Source: Cyanophyceae cyanobacterium
Lineage (GTDB): Bacteria; Cyanobacteriota; Cyanobacteriia; Cyanobacteriales; Laspinemataceae
DNA length: 64,000 bases
Assembly: GCA_038321985.1 (NCBI GenBank)
Contig: JBBQFN010000007.1
Coordinates: 32,001-96,000 of the forward strand
Direction: 5' to 3'
Part shown: one piece after another, positions 41,922 to 52,147 of the stretch
How the letters are laid out: every line of letters begins with the position of its first letter
Numbering within the stretch: position 1 is the stretch's first letter
Translations under genes and position numbers: made by a program
The notes under the pieces: model-generated
Seen by the model: only the letters and a program-made list of their open reading frames with translations
The model's database searches: none
What the model was told of the DNA's origin: nothing

Positions 41922-42485
41922 ATGAGTTCTCAAGTTGTTGTCGAAAAGAAAAAGTTAGACCATCCACCTCGGGATATTCGCTATCTGGGCGATCGCGATC
42001 TGCGTCAGTCTGCCAAGCGTGTTGCTCAAGTGGATGCTGAGATCCGCCAACTGGTGCGGGAAATGCTCCAAAGTATGTACACTGCTGATGGCATTGGATT
42101 GGCCGCACCCCAAGTCGGGGTCCAAAAACAGGTGATTGTCGTAGATTGTGATTTAGAAAATCCGGCGACTCCTCCCCTTGTCTTGATCAATCCCGTCATT
42201 AAAAAATACAGCGGCGATGCCTGTGTCTATCAAGAGGGATGTCTAAGCATTCCTGGGGTTTATTTGGATGTCAAACGCCCCGAAATTATCGAAGTGGCGT
42301 ATAAAGATGAGCGGGGACGTCCTCAAAAAATGACGGCGGAGGGGATTGTTTCTCGCTGCATTCAGCATGAGATGGATCACCTCAATGGCGTACTATTTGT
42401 CGATCGCGTGGAAAACCAGTTGGCGCTGATTGAGGAACTTGGCAAACAAGGTTTTTCGACTAAAGACGTTAAATCCATGCTGTAG
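41922..42485 (+). CDS. def: Peptide deformylase
   Basis: GIGLAAPQVG, EGCLS, QHEMDHLNG. Confidence 0.97.
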   Translation: MSSQVVVEKKKLDHPPRDIRYLGDRDLRQSAKRVAQVDAEIRQLVREMLQSMYTADGIGLAAPQVGVQKQVIVVDCDLENPATPPLVLINPVIKKYSGDACVYQEGCLSIPGVYLDVKRPEIIEVAYKDERGRPQKMTAEGIVSRCIQHEMDHLNGVLFVDRVENQLALIEELGKQGFSTKDVKSML

Positions 42486-42616
42486 GGAAGGGTCAACGGT
42501 TAACTGTTAGCGGTTAACCGTTTTTTCAGGCTTCAACTTTAACCGGGTAAGAGTTCTTCATTAAAACTCGGTGAAAATTAAAGAACGTAGTCATAGTTTA
42601 TTGGTAAGCGTTTCTT

Positions 42617-42817
42617 ATGTTCATGTCTCCTAAAACTTCCCTCTTTTTGGGTGCTTCCTGTGTAGCGGCGATCGCCTCGGTGGGTTCGATTTTTGAACTC
42701 TCTTCCGGACAACCCGAACTCGGTGCAGTCGCCACTACTATCATTTTGGCGCTTAGCGTTCCTAGCGTGGTTTTATTCTTCTTAGCGGCGGTGCGTGACG
42801 CCAGGTCTTCTGGCTAA
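42617..42817 (+). CDS. Small two-helix membrane protein, conserved cyanobacterial hypothetical
   Basis: AAIASVGSIFELSSGQPELG followed by a second hydrophobic helix. Confidence 0.75.
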   Translation: MFMSPKTSLFLGASCVAAIASVGSIFELSSGQPELGAVATTIILALSVPSVVLFFLAAVRDARSSG

Positions 42818-42884
42818 TTTACCCCCCTCTCCTCTGGTTTGGCAAGTATTATTTTTAAAGGGGTAGGGTAGGTCCTCTCTACCC

Positions 42885-44171
42885 TTACTCCTTTAAAATC
42901 CCTAAATCTGTCACCAGTGGTAGATGATCTGAGCCAATATTAGGTCCTTTTCGAGTTTTTAAAACTTGAATTTTTTGATTTACAAAACAATGATCGATGG
43001 GGATGGAAAACAGGGGGTTAGGACTAGGCCAAGTGGGCATGATTCCAAACCCTGAACGTGCATTTTGAAGCTGGGCATTTTTGACAAACTTCTTATAAAT
43101 AGGAGACCATAGGCTGATATTAAAATCTCCTAGAACTATGGCCGGGGTATCTAAAGGGGCTACATAGTCGGAGAGTGCTTTTAACTGCTGATTTCGACTT
43201 TTAAATAGGTTTTTTGAGAGGGGAATATTAGTATGAGCTACCATAATAGACAAGATTTTTCCCGGCAAAGATATTTGGGCGATAACTCCTCGTTTTCTGG
43301 AGTCTAAACTCCCCTCATAAAACCGTTCTAATGGTAGGGAACTATACAAAGCTATATCTCCTTTTAATACCGCGTATGGCAGAATATCCCGTAAGGTTTC
43401 TAACTGTTCCTTCCATTTTCCCTTAACTTCCATAAATGCAGCAATGTCCGGAGTTTCTGATCGGACAAAAGTCAGCAGTTTTTCGTAATGTTGATTTTGG
43501 AATAAAAGGTTGGACTGCAAGACTTTAAGCGGAATTGAAGATTCAACCGGGGTAGCGATCGCTCGATTGGGCCAGTACCAAGGCGCAATTTCTGCCAAAT
43601 TTATCAGAATACAAATTAAACTAACAATAACCCAAGGCTTACGCCGTTTAAAAGTAAAATAAAATAGCCCAATTATTCCCCCTATCAAATATTGCAGCTT
43701 AAAATGAGAAGTCAAATCTAGGAGATAGGAAAACTCCCCAAAATATCCCAGGATAGAGAGCAAAATTATCCCTAAAACCCCTACTTTAAAACCATACTTC
43801 AATAAAAATTGAACTACCGTAAACCTTTGAGTTTCATTGTGTAAAACTACCCATTTCAGTTGGATTTTCAAAGGGTAGGAAAGGGGTAATTTTTCAATCT
43901 CTGCTAAGAGTGTATCCGCCGGTTCTAATTGCCTACGTTTTTGGTAAATTTTTATCAAGAGTGTATCAATGCAGCGATTAATTAACACATTTACGACTAA
44001 ACCCACCCCCACTAAAAAACCCAGACCTCCCAATAATTGAAACGGCCCGCCTAAGTTCTCTAATCCCGACCAAATTGCTGAATTTCCCGTTTTTCCCGTA
44101 GCTTGAATACTGAGAAAAAGAAATATCCCAGGAATAGCAAGAGTCATTCCGGTAATTATGAATTTATCCAT
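42885..44171 (-). CDS. Membrane-anchored endonuclease/exonuclease/phosphatase (EEP) family protein with extra N-terminal domain
   Basis: LTSHFKLQY, PDIAAFME, LGDFN, PIDHCF, GSDHLP. Confidence 0.88.
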   Translation of the reverse strand: MDKFIITGMTLAIPGIFLFLSIQATGKTGNSAIWSGLENLGGPFQLLGGLGFLVGVGLVVNVLINRCIDTLLIKIYQKRRQLEPADTLLAEIEKLPLSYPLKIQLKWVVLHNETQRFTVVQFLLKYGFKVGVLGIILLSILGYFGEFSYLLDLTSHFKLQYLIGGIIGLFYFTFKRRKPWVIVSLICILINLAEIAPWYWPNRAIATPVESSIPLKVLQSNLLFQNQHYEKLLTFVRSETPDIAAFMEVKGKWKEQLETLRDILPYAVLKGDIALYSSLPLERFYEGSLDSRKRGVIAQISLPGKILSIMVAHTNIPLSKNLFKSRNQQLKALSDYVAPLDTPAIVLGDFNISLWSPIYKKFVKNAQLQNARSGFGIMPTWPSPNPLFSIPIDHCFVNQKIQVLKTRKGPNIGSDHLPLVTDLGILKE

Positions 44172-44340
44172 GTTTTTTTAGGTCTTAAAGCTACTATTAA
44201 TCTGCTAAAACTCTTAAACGAATAATTAATAAAATTCGCTATTAAAGGGGGATAAAATCGAGAGATATTTACAAAAGAATACTTAAATTTAGCCATAAAT
44301 TCCCATACTAATCAAGTGCTTCTGATAATTTATTGATGGC

Positions 44341-44370
44341 ACAAAGTAATGGCCGTCGCCATTACTTTGT
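44341..44370. terminator. Hairpin downstream of crtH
   Basis: ACAAAGTAATGGC-cgtc-GCCATTACTTTGT, perfect 13-bp stem. Confidence 0.65.
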
Positions 44371-44409
44371 TCTCCCCAAAAGCCTAATCGTCTCGGGTAC
44401 TTTTCTGTG

Positions 44410-45936
44410 CTACAAGCCTAAATCTGCTCCAATTCTATGAGCACAGGCAAACCCGGAAAAAGCGACGGCATTTAACCCTTGTCCCGGAAATGTACTATCT
44501 CCAACACAGTATAATCCCGGAATCGAAGTCCGGTTAAACGGCATTCCCAATAACCCTAACAACTTACGCCGAGGAATCGGTCCGTAAGTGCCATCGACGC
44601 GATTTAAAAAGCGGCGGTGCGATCGCGGGGTTCCGACTTCCATATAATCCAATCCGGCATCTAAACCGGGAAAAATCTCTTCTAAACGCTCAATGATTCG
44701 TCCCGCTGCTGCTTCTTTCTTCTCTTCATACTTATCGGATGACATTCCCTGCCAATCCTTAATCCAACTGGGAGTAAACGTATGAATGATATGATAGCCT
44801 TCCGGGGCTAAACTCGGATCCAACAGGGTTGGAATGGACACAAAAACAGTCCCCTCTGGTTCTTCCATCTTGTCCCAACTCTCTAATAGGATATGGTGAC
44901 AAGCAGTATCCGCAGGCAACACCCCAGCTTCTACTCCCAAATGCAAGCTAATAAAACTTGGCGATTGGCGATAGCGACTCCGCCAGGTTTGCTCTTTCTG
45001 AGGCAGTTGGCGATCGCCTAATAATTTGTCAAAGGTATCCCAACGCGTCGCATTAGAAACGATGCGCGGTGCTTGATATTCTTCTCCGGTTGTCAATCGC
45101 ACTCCGACAGCGCGTCCCTTTTTAGTGACAATTTGCTCCACCCGGGATTGATACCGAATGGTACTCCCTGCTTTGACTAATCCCTCGGCTAACTTTTTAG
45201 CAATTTGTCCGACGCCGCCTTTGGGATAGTTAATTCCCCCATAATGGCGATCGGAAAACACCATTCCAGCATTAATCATCGGGGTCATTTCTGCCGGAAC
45301 TACGGACCAACAATAGCATTCGATATCAATAAATTTCAGCAAGTCCGGATCTTTAATATACTTGCGGGCAATATCTCCAGCATTGAGGGGAAGATATTTG
45401 ACTAACCCCAAACAGGCGAGGGGATGCTGGAAAAATACCTCCATCAGATAGCGGGGTTCTTCCAGGGAAAGTAACGGCATTGCGTTAAGGCAGTTGAATA
45501 CTTTCCAGCATTCATCATAAAATTTGCGGATGCCCTCCTGTTCATTCGGAAAGCGATTGCCTAGTTCTTGCAAAAATTTGTCATAATCCCGGTGAACTTC
45601 TAGATCCAGTCCCTCGGGAAGATGATAGTGGATCTGCACTGGATCTGGAATCGTTTCGAGGTTCATCTTTACCGCATCCAAGGCACGGGTGAGCAGATTG
45701 GTGGTGCCTTTTTCACCAAATCCAAAGATCATCGAGGCCCCTTGATCGAAGCAATAGCCGTTGCGCTCAAAGGACCCGGAACTGCCTCCGGGAATGGTGT
45801 AGCTTTCGAGGACGAGGACCTTGGCTCCTTTGGCAGCGAGTTGGGTTGCGGTAACGAGTCCGCCAATGCCGGAACCGATAACGATAACATCAAAATTCTC
45901 AGTTTGGGGTGCGGTAGGGGGGGAAGCAACTGCCAT
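44410..45936 (-). CDS. crtH: Carotenoid isomerase
   Basis: [11 protein letters not shown] motif, [41 protein letters not shown]. Confidence 0.95.
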   Translation of the reverse strand: MAVASPPTAPQTENFDVIVIGSGIGGLVTATQLAAKGAKVLVLESYTIPGGSSGSFERNGYCFDQGASMIFGFGEKGTTNLLTRALDAVKMNLETIPDPVQIHYHLPEGLDLEVHRDYDKFLQELGNRFPNEQEGIRKFYDECWKVFNCLNAMPLLSLEEPRYLMEVFFQHPLACLGLVKYLPLNAGDIARKYIKDPDLLKFIDIECYCWSVVPAEMTPMINAGMVFSDRHYGGINYPKGGVGQIAKKLAEGLVKAGSTIRYQSRVEQIVTKKGRAVGVRLTTGEEYQAPRIVSNATRWDTFDKLLGDRQLPQKEQTWRSRYRQSPSFISLHLGVEAGVLPADTACHHILLESWDKMEEPEGTVFVSIPTLLDPSLAPEGYHIIHTFTPSWIKDWQGMSSDKYEEKKEAAAGRIIERLEEIFPGLDAGLDYMEVGTPRSHRRFLNRVDGTYGPIPRRKLLGLLGMPFNRTSIPGLYCVGDSTFPGQGLNAVAFSGFACAHRIGADLGL

Positions 45937-46172
45937 GAGTTGTATCGTGCGATCGCCTAAAGGGTTATAAATCAGATATCTTCCAACATAGCACCGCACC
46001 CACATCACTGCTCCCAGTCAGGTTTAAGGGACAGCCGGATGTGGGTTTCACAGACAATGCCGCAAGCTATGGGCTTATTTATTGTAGGGGAATTTCTAGA
46101 CCAGGGGCGCAGTTGCCTGGTTATTGTTGCCTCCGGGTCATTAGCCCACAGAGGCCCCAGGCTTTTTTCCCC

Positions 46173-46248
46173 AAAAAAAATACGGGACTAGCCGCTTGTG
46201 CTGACTAATCCCGCCTGCCGATCCTTTTTAAGAGGAGAACACTTTAGT
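46173..46248 (-). ncRNA. isaR1: Iron-stress activated sRNA IsaR1
   Basis: Minus strand AGTGTTCTCCTCT...AAGGATCGGCAGG followed by a terminator hairpin and U-tract, matching the IsaR1 sequence as I recall it; lies divergent from upp. Confidence 0.88.
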
Positions 46249-46254
46249 AACTCC

Positions 46255-46307
46255 ACTATAAAGTTATTGAAAAAGTTTGTCAATACTTATTGAGAAATTT
46301 TTTCAAA
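46255..46307 (-). promoter_or_regulatory. isaR1 promoter with overlapping Fur-box-like palindromes
   Basis: TTGACA(46283-46278)-17 nt-TATAGT(46260-46255); ATTGA-N9-TCAAT at 46266-46284 and a second similar box at 46289-46307. Confidence 0.8.
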
Positions 46308-46458
46308 AGAAATTTAATTTAATTTACGAATTAACAACAGGTAACTAAATCCGGGGAAAATAACGATCGCCCAAGGATTAACAAAGCAGACGCAGAAGGC
46401 AGTACAATCGGTCAGGTCTCCAACCTAGAACAAGACAAGCGATCGCCTGTGAAAGCCC

Positions 46459-47109
46459 ATGACCATACAAATGCGAGTTTATGTGCCGCCGCATCCGTTG
46501 ATCAAGCACTGGCTTGGGGTTGCTCGGGATGCGGGAACCCCATCTCCCCTGTTTCGTAGTGCCATCATCGAGTTAGGACGTTGGCTGACTTACGAAGCCT
46601 GTCGCGAGTGGTTGCCTGTTATAGAAACCACCATCGAAACCCCCCTAGCCCCTTGTGCCGCCACCTTTGTCAATCCAGAAGTGCCGGTGGTGGTGGTGCC
46701 GATCCTGCGTGCGGGTTTAGCCCTCATGGAAGGGGTACAGCCGGTGCTACCCTTAGCGGCGGTGTATCATTTGGGTATGGTCCGGGACGAAGAAACCCTG
46801 GAAGCGCGATGTTATTTAAACAAACTCCCGGATAAAATGGACCCCCAAACCCGGGTTCTCATCTGCGAACCGATGTTAGCAACGGGGGGAACGATTATGG
46901 CAACAATGGCTCTCCTAACTGAGCGCGGTGTGGATCCGGGGATGATTAGAATCCTGTCCGTGGTGGTGGCATCCCCAGCACTCCAGAAATTGAGTCAAGC
47001 CTATCCAAACTTGAATATTTACACCGCTTGCATTGATGAAAATCTGAATGAAAACGGCTATATTGTGCCTGGATTGGGAGATGCCGGCGATCGCGCGTTT
47101 GCCACTTAA
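46459..47109 (+). CDS. upp: Uracil phosphoribosyltransferase
   Basis: HPLIKHWL, VPILRAG, PMLATGGT, YIVPGLGDAGDR. Confidence 0.97.
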   Translation: MTIQMRVYVPPHPLIKHWLGVARDAGTPSPLFRSAIIELGRWLTYEACREWLPVIETTIETPLAPCAATFVNPEVPVVVVPILRAGLALMEGVQPVLPLAAVYHLGMVRDEETLEARCYLNKLPDKMDPQTRVLICEPMLATGGTIMATMALLTERGVDPGMIRILSVVVASPALQKLSQAYPNLNIYTACIDENLNENGYIVPGLGDAGDRAFAT

Positions 47110-47403
47110 AAACCCGCTCTTAGTCCTTATCCCGTAAGGTATTCAGTCGGATTTATCTGACTTCAGCTATTATTTAGGAGGGCTTGAACCCCCGCTGTTT
47201 GTCTTCAACCCGATAGGCAGCATCAGGATTAAAAAAACGTAGTCCTGCCCGGGGTTTAGACCGGATAAAGAAGCGGAAATTACCCGCCCCAATATGTTAT
47301 GATCTCAAGCATTAAGAGGGGTTCCTAAGAGCATGGATTCCCAGGGTAGAAATTGCAATAAGCCACAAGTAAAAGAAGCAGCAACTCAAGACAGGGTAAA
47401 GCA

Positions 47404-47736
47404 ATGAGTAATCGAGATAATTTTGCAGGCGGATTTTTACTGGGAACAATTTTAGGCGGCATTGTGGGTGGGGCGATCGGGGCGATCGTCGGTGCGAAAC
47501 TAGCAGAAGACAACACTCCACTCGAAAACGGTAACCGCCCAGAAGCTAGACCCCGCAAATTGAAAAAACGGCAGTTTGCCGAACAAGCTGGAATGGAAAC
47601 AGCACGCCGTTCTTTGGAAAACAAAATCGCTCAACTCAATGAAACCATTGATGATGTGCGGCAACAACTGAATCATGTAAACGGTGCTGCCGTTGATGAA
47701 AGCGAGAGCCTTTCACCCCTGATGGAAGAATCCTAA
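47404..47736 (+). CDS. Conserved cyanobacterial protein with Gly-rich TM helix and coiled coil
   Basis: FAGGFLLGTILGGIVGG, ARRSLENKIAQLN. Confidence 0.8.
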   Translation: MSNRDNFAGGFLLGTILGGIVGGAIGAIVGAKLAEDNTPLENGNRPEARPRKLKKRQFAEQAGMETARRSLENKIAQLNETIDDVRQQLNHVNGAAVDESESLSPLMEES

Positions 47737-47882
47737 GGGGATCTAAACGTTGCCACGACTAGGCGATCGCCCTGTTCGTTTGAAATTCGGGAATCCGACT
47801 GCATAAACAGCGGCGATCGACTACACTAAAAACAAGGCTCTATAGACCTTGAAGCGAAATAGTCCCAGCGAATAAACCCATT

Positions 47883-48167
47883 ATGAATCCCGCAATAGAC
47901 TTAATTTTCAGCACCCTAGCTGCATTTTTTCAAATTTATTTCGTCCTGTTGATCATTCGGATTCTCTTAAGTTGGTTTCCCAATGTCAATTGGTATGATC
48001 CGCCGTTTTCCATTGTCAGTCAGCTTACGGACCCTTACCTAAATATTTTCCGGTCTTTTATTCCGCCCTTGGGGGGGATCGATTTTTCTCCAATTTTGGC
48101 AATTTTGCTGTTGCAATTTATCTCCGGGTTCTTCAGCAGCATCCCGAGTTCAGCAGTTGGGTTTTAG
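47883..48167 (+). CDS. YggT/YlmG (Ycf19) family membrane protein
   Basis: IRILLSWFP, QLTDPYLNIFR, PPLGGIDFSP. Confidence 0.93.
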   Translation: MNPAIDLIFSTLAAFFQIYFVLLIIRILLSWFPNVNWYDPPFSIVSQLTDPYLNIFRSFIPPLGGIDFSPILAILLLQFISGFFSSIPSSAVGF

Positions 48168-48224
48168 CCCCCGGCTTCCCACCCTTTCTAGTGAGAATCC
48201 CATTCCCGGGTTACTCCGGATCAT

Positions 48225-48255
48225 AAAAGCGGCGAGATCAAACTCGCCGCTTTTT
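48225..48255. terminator. Bidirectional intrinsic terminator
   Basis: AAAAGCGGCGAG-atcaaa-CTCGCCGCTTTTT. Confidence 0.85.
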
Positions 48256-48290
48256 GTTGAGGCAGAGGGCGGAGTAGGAAGAGAGTAGGC

Positions 48291-48779
48291 TTAATCCAGA
48301 CTGTTGTCATAGAGTAACGGTTTGACACGCCCGCTAAATCCCCGCGCCTTGAATTTTTCTAATGTTAGCGGCGTGGGGAGATTCGCTGGAACAGAGATTC
48401 TGAACTCAAAATCGCTATTTCCTGGGGGTACGGACTGAATATTGCCCAGACGGGTACGATTCGGCATGATATTGTTGCCATTAGCATCATAAATCACCCC
48501 AAATACATCGGCATCGTAAACGGGTTTACCAGAGGGATTTTTAGCGGTTCCGCTAATGATAAAGCAGTTGGCTGCACTCATATCGCCACTGGCTACGATG
48601 CCCTCTGAGAGTTCTTCTCCACAGTCTTTGTAGGCGATATTGGCAACTTGGATATCGGTTAGGGCTAAAGCCGGAGGACTAAACCACACAGAGGCGATCG
48701 CGATCGCCAACAGAAGGATTATCCTCGTCCATCGGGATAATCCCATAATTAGGCTGCGGGAGGTTGGGAACCCTTTCAT
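48291..48779 (-). CDS. Secreted FxLYD-like domain protein
   Basis: Signal peptide (PALA), ADVFGVIYDANG, RTRLG. Confidence 0.75.
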   Translation of the reverse strand: MKGFPTSRSLIMGLSRWTRIILLLAIAIASVWFSPPALALTDIQVANIAYKDCGEELSEGIVASGDMSAANCFIISGTAKNPSGKPVYDADVFGVIYDANGNNIMPNRTRLGNIQSVPPGNSDFEFRISVPANLPTPLTLEKFKARGFSGRVKPLLYDNSLD

Positions 48780-48943
48780 GATCAGAATACCTCGGGATAG
48801 GGGACGGTGGGAATCAGATAAAAAAACAGCGGCGGGATACGCAAAACTATTGCTAAAAAACAGCTTACCGCGAATTCGGGTCGAGGGGAAAAGCCCGAGG
48901 CTGACTGCCAGAACCCTAGTATTTGGGGGTTAATTCGGATTTG

Positions 48944-49810
48944 TTAGACCCCCAAATACTGATGCAAGGCTTGACGCATGACATCAACGGGGACCGGGCG
49001 ATCGACCCAAATTTTTAGGGCGGCAGCCCCCTGTTGGACTAACATTTCTAATCCATCGATCGCCTCTGCGCCCACTTCCTGCGCCTGGCGCAAAAATTCC
49101 GTCGGATTGGGGGTGTAAATCAAATCATAAGCAATTGCCCCCTTGGGCAGGGTGGCGAGAATATCTCCTGTAACCGGCGATCGATTTACATCAGGAGACA
49201 TTCCCACCGGGGTTGAATTTACCAGCAATCCCGCCTGGGGTATTAATTGCGGCAATTCCTGCCATTCATGTACCGAGAGATTCACGGGCAACGGAGAATG
49301 CTGCCAACTGGCTTTAAATGCCTGTAATTTCTCCCAATTGCGCCCTACTACAGAGATTTTGGCACAGCCTAACTGAGCACAACCTGCCACCACGGCCCTT
49401 GCCGCACCCCCAGCCCCTAAAATCACGGCGCTGGTTTGATTCCAGAGGCGATCAGAAACCTGGAGGGGGGCGAGAAATCCCTCTACATCCGTATTGGTGC
49501 CTGCCCAACCCGTCGGAGTGCGCCATACCGTATTCACCGCCCCCACTGCCTCAGCAACCGGGGAAATTTCCGACAGCAGGGGAATAATGGCCTGTTTGTG
49601 AGGGATGGTAATGCTAAATCCACCCATTCCTATGGCGGCTAATCCCGCGATCGCCGTGGGTAAATCCTTCGGTGCGATCGGGCAAGGCAAATAGACAAAA
49701 TCCTCCCCCATTTGGGCGATCGCCGCATTGTGCATGACTGGGGAAAGAGAATGCTTCACCGGGTAACCGATGACACCCAGTAATTGAGTGGTTCCTGTAA
49801 TTGTTTGCAT
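48944..49810 (-). CDS. aroE: Shikimate dehydrogenase
   Basis: HSLSPVMHN, TIPHK, GAVNT, NTDVEG, GAGGAARA, DGLEMLVQQG. Confidence 0.96.
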   Translation of the reverse strand: MQTITGTTQLLGVIGYPVKHSLSPVMHNAAIAQMGEDFVYLPCPIAPKDLPTAIAGLAAIGMGGFSITIPHKQAIIPLLSEISPVAEAVGAVNTVWRTPTGWAGTNTDVEGFLAPLQVSDRLWNQTSAVILGAGGAARAVVAGCAQLGCAKISVVGRNWEKLQAFKASWQHSPLPVNLSVHEWQELPQLIPQAGLLVNSTPVGMSPDVNRSPVTGDILATLPKGAIAYDLIYTPNPTEFLRQAQEVGAEAIDGLEMLVQQGAAALKIWVDRPVPVDVMRQALHQYLGV

Positions 49811-50130
49811 GGCCTAAAAAAGCGGATTGCTCATACCTTTTATAGAATACGGTTAGAGTAGGGTTCTAACCACTGTCTCGCCCCTAGATTCTATGTCACA
49901 ATTTTGAATAAGAAACCCAAATCTGCACATTTGGGTCAGGGTTGTGAAGGGCAGGTTAGAAAGCAAAACACTAAACATCAGGGAATTCTACTGAAATATT
50001 AGGGGTGTTTATTATCTCAAGCATTGACTTGTACATTGACAACTCTCTCCTGTGATACCTGCTCCCATCTGTTTGCACCGATGGTTTGGGGTACATTCCC
50101 TATGATGCTCTCTTGGACTAAAACTTTATC

Positions 50131-51231
50131 ATGAAAAGACTCACCTATATTAGTAAATTTTCCCGTCCGCTCTCTCGTGAAGAAATCCAAGAGATCGGTC
50201 GGGTATCTAGCCAGAACAATCATCGAGAAAATGTTACGGGTGTTTTGCTCTGTTTGGGAGGAATATTTTTTCAAATTCTAGAAGGTGAAAGAGAGAGAAT
50301 TGACAGAATTTATGAACGAATTCTCACCGATGATCGCCATACGGACATTCTCTGTTTAAAGTCGGAGGTTGACGTAGAGGACCGGATGTTTCCGGATTGG
50401 TCCATGCAAACAATTAACCTCGATGAAAATACCGATATTTTAATTCGGCCTATTAAGGCTTTATTGCAGACCCTAACGGAATCGCATCGAATTTTAGAAA
50501 AATACACGCAACCTAGTATTTTTAGAATTATTAATCAAGGGATTAATCCTTTGACGATTCGGCCTAAAGCTGTAGAAAAAATTGTGTTCTTTAGCGATAT
50601 TGTTTCTTTTTCTACCTTTGCGGAGAAACTGCCGGTAGAAGAAGTAGTTTCTTTAGTTAATAGTTATTTTTCTATTTGTACAGCCATTATTACCCAGCAT
50701 GGGGGAGAGGTGACTAAATTTATCGGAGATTGCGTAATGGCCTATTTTGATGGCGATCGCGCTGATGAAGCAATCCAGGCCAGTTTAGATATTTTGGCAG
50801 AACTGGAAATTTTCCGCAATTCTTCCTTAGAAGGCAGTCCGTCGCGGGTTCTCTATAGTGGCATTGGGCTGGCAAAAGGGAGAGTGATTGAGGGAAATAT
50901 TGGATCTGAATTGAAAAAAGATTATACCATATTAGGGGACGCGGTGAATATAGCCGCTCGTTTGGAGGCGTTAACTCGTCAGCTATCCCAAGCCTTAGTT
51001 TTTTCCGGCGATGTCAAAAATAGCGCGACGAAATCCTGGAATTTTATCTGGCTTTCTGATACGGAACTGAAAGGGAAATCGGAATCGATTGATATTTACT
51101 CAATTGATGATGAAATGACCCAAAAATCTAGCAGAGGATTGGAAATTGCCCGCAATATTGGGCATTATTTGGAACGAGTAGGTGATCGCCAACCTAGTCA
51201 GATTTTTGGAGTAAAAAGTTTACCTTTATAA
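50131..51231 (+). CDS. Photoactivated adenylyl cyclase (BLUF + class III cyclase), OaPAC-like
   Basis: BLUF residues Y6, Q48, W90, M92; FSDIVSFS, KFIGDCVMA, GDAVNIAARLE; 366 aa. Confidence 0.95.
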   Translation: MKRLTYISKFSRPLSREEIQEIGRVSSQNNHRENVTGVLLCLGGIFFQILEGERERIDRIYERILTDDRHTDILCLKSEVDVEDRMFPDWSMQTINLDENTDILIRPIKALLQTLTESHRILEKYTQPSIFRIINQGINPLTIRPKAVEKIVFFSDIVSFSTFAEKLPVEEVVSLVNSYFSICTAIITQHGGEVTKFIGDCVMAYFDGDRADEAIQASLDILAELEIFRNSSLEGSPSRVLYSGIGLAKGRVIEGNIGSELKKDYTILGDAVNIAARLEALTRQLSQALVFSGDVKNSATKSWNFIWLSDTELKGKSESIDIYSIDDEMTQKSSRGLEIARNIGHYLERVGDRQPSQIFGVKSLPL

Positions 51232-51274
51232 ACCGGAGGATGGGGTGCATCTTTCTCTACATCCAAGCGCCCGT

Positions 51275-51309
51275 AAGGTGGCTCAGCTGAGTCGAAGCTG
51301 AGCCACCTT
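51275..51309. terminator. Perfect 14-bp hairpin after the PAC gene
   Basis: AAGGTGGCTCAGCT-gagtcga-AGCTGAGCCACCTT. Confidence 0.6.
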
Positions 51310-52147
51310 GCGCAGTCAAAGCACTGCTTTATCTATGTAGCCCCCGCCTCCAGGGGCGGTAGGGGCTCAGGGAAATCCCGTTTCCTCTGTGGCAATCTCT
51401 TGGTGGCGATCGCCCCCCTGGAAAACCCAGTCTATAAAATTTTGGTAAATCTCCCCTAATTTTTTAAAAAAACTTTATAATAACTTTAAGTGAATCAGGG
51501 AACCCCATTTTAAGCGGGACTCAATGAATCCCTAAACCGAATTTTCCACAAGGTTTAGGGGACTCTCTACCTCCTCAAAATTCCCTAAATTTTTACCCTC
51601 TTTACAGATTGACAGGGATCAAATTTTGTGCAGGATTTACCCTTGAATCTAGGATAAACTCGGTCTTGTGCCTACGTTGTTAATCCTCCTAACAAAGCGT
51701 GGACTGACGCTTAAAAGCGGGTTTCTACCGATCAAACCTAGATAATAATTCGGAAAATCCAGGTCTTTAAACCCCAGTTTGGGTGGGTCGGGATCACTCC
51801 GGAAACAATTCAGCACAAAGATAGAGTGACTGAGGGTAAAGCATATATCAAACTAATAAGTGAGGGATGTCCAAGTGGGTTCAATGAAGCTCTAGGGAAT
51901 TTCCCCCCCCCCTAAAATCTGAACCCAAAAACCGGGTGTCGGACTTGAATTGTGAGTTTTAACTGAAATATGGGTTGCCCAGCCCCATTTCAAAAAAAGT
52001 GTCTCTTGGGGTCAACAATGACCCTCAGTTCTACGGGCTCAATTGGACCCTAAAATCTCTAGATTGCAAAGTTATCTTTGATAATTTTTGGCAGGAATCA
52101 TCCATTCAATTAACTTATTTTCACTTATTTTTCCGAGGTATTACCCC

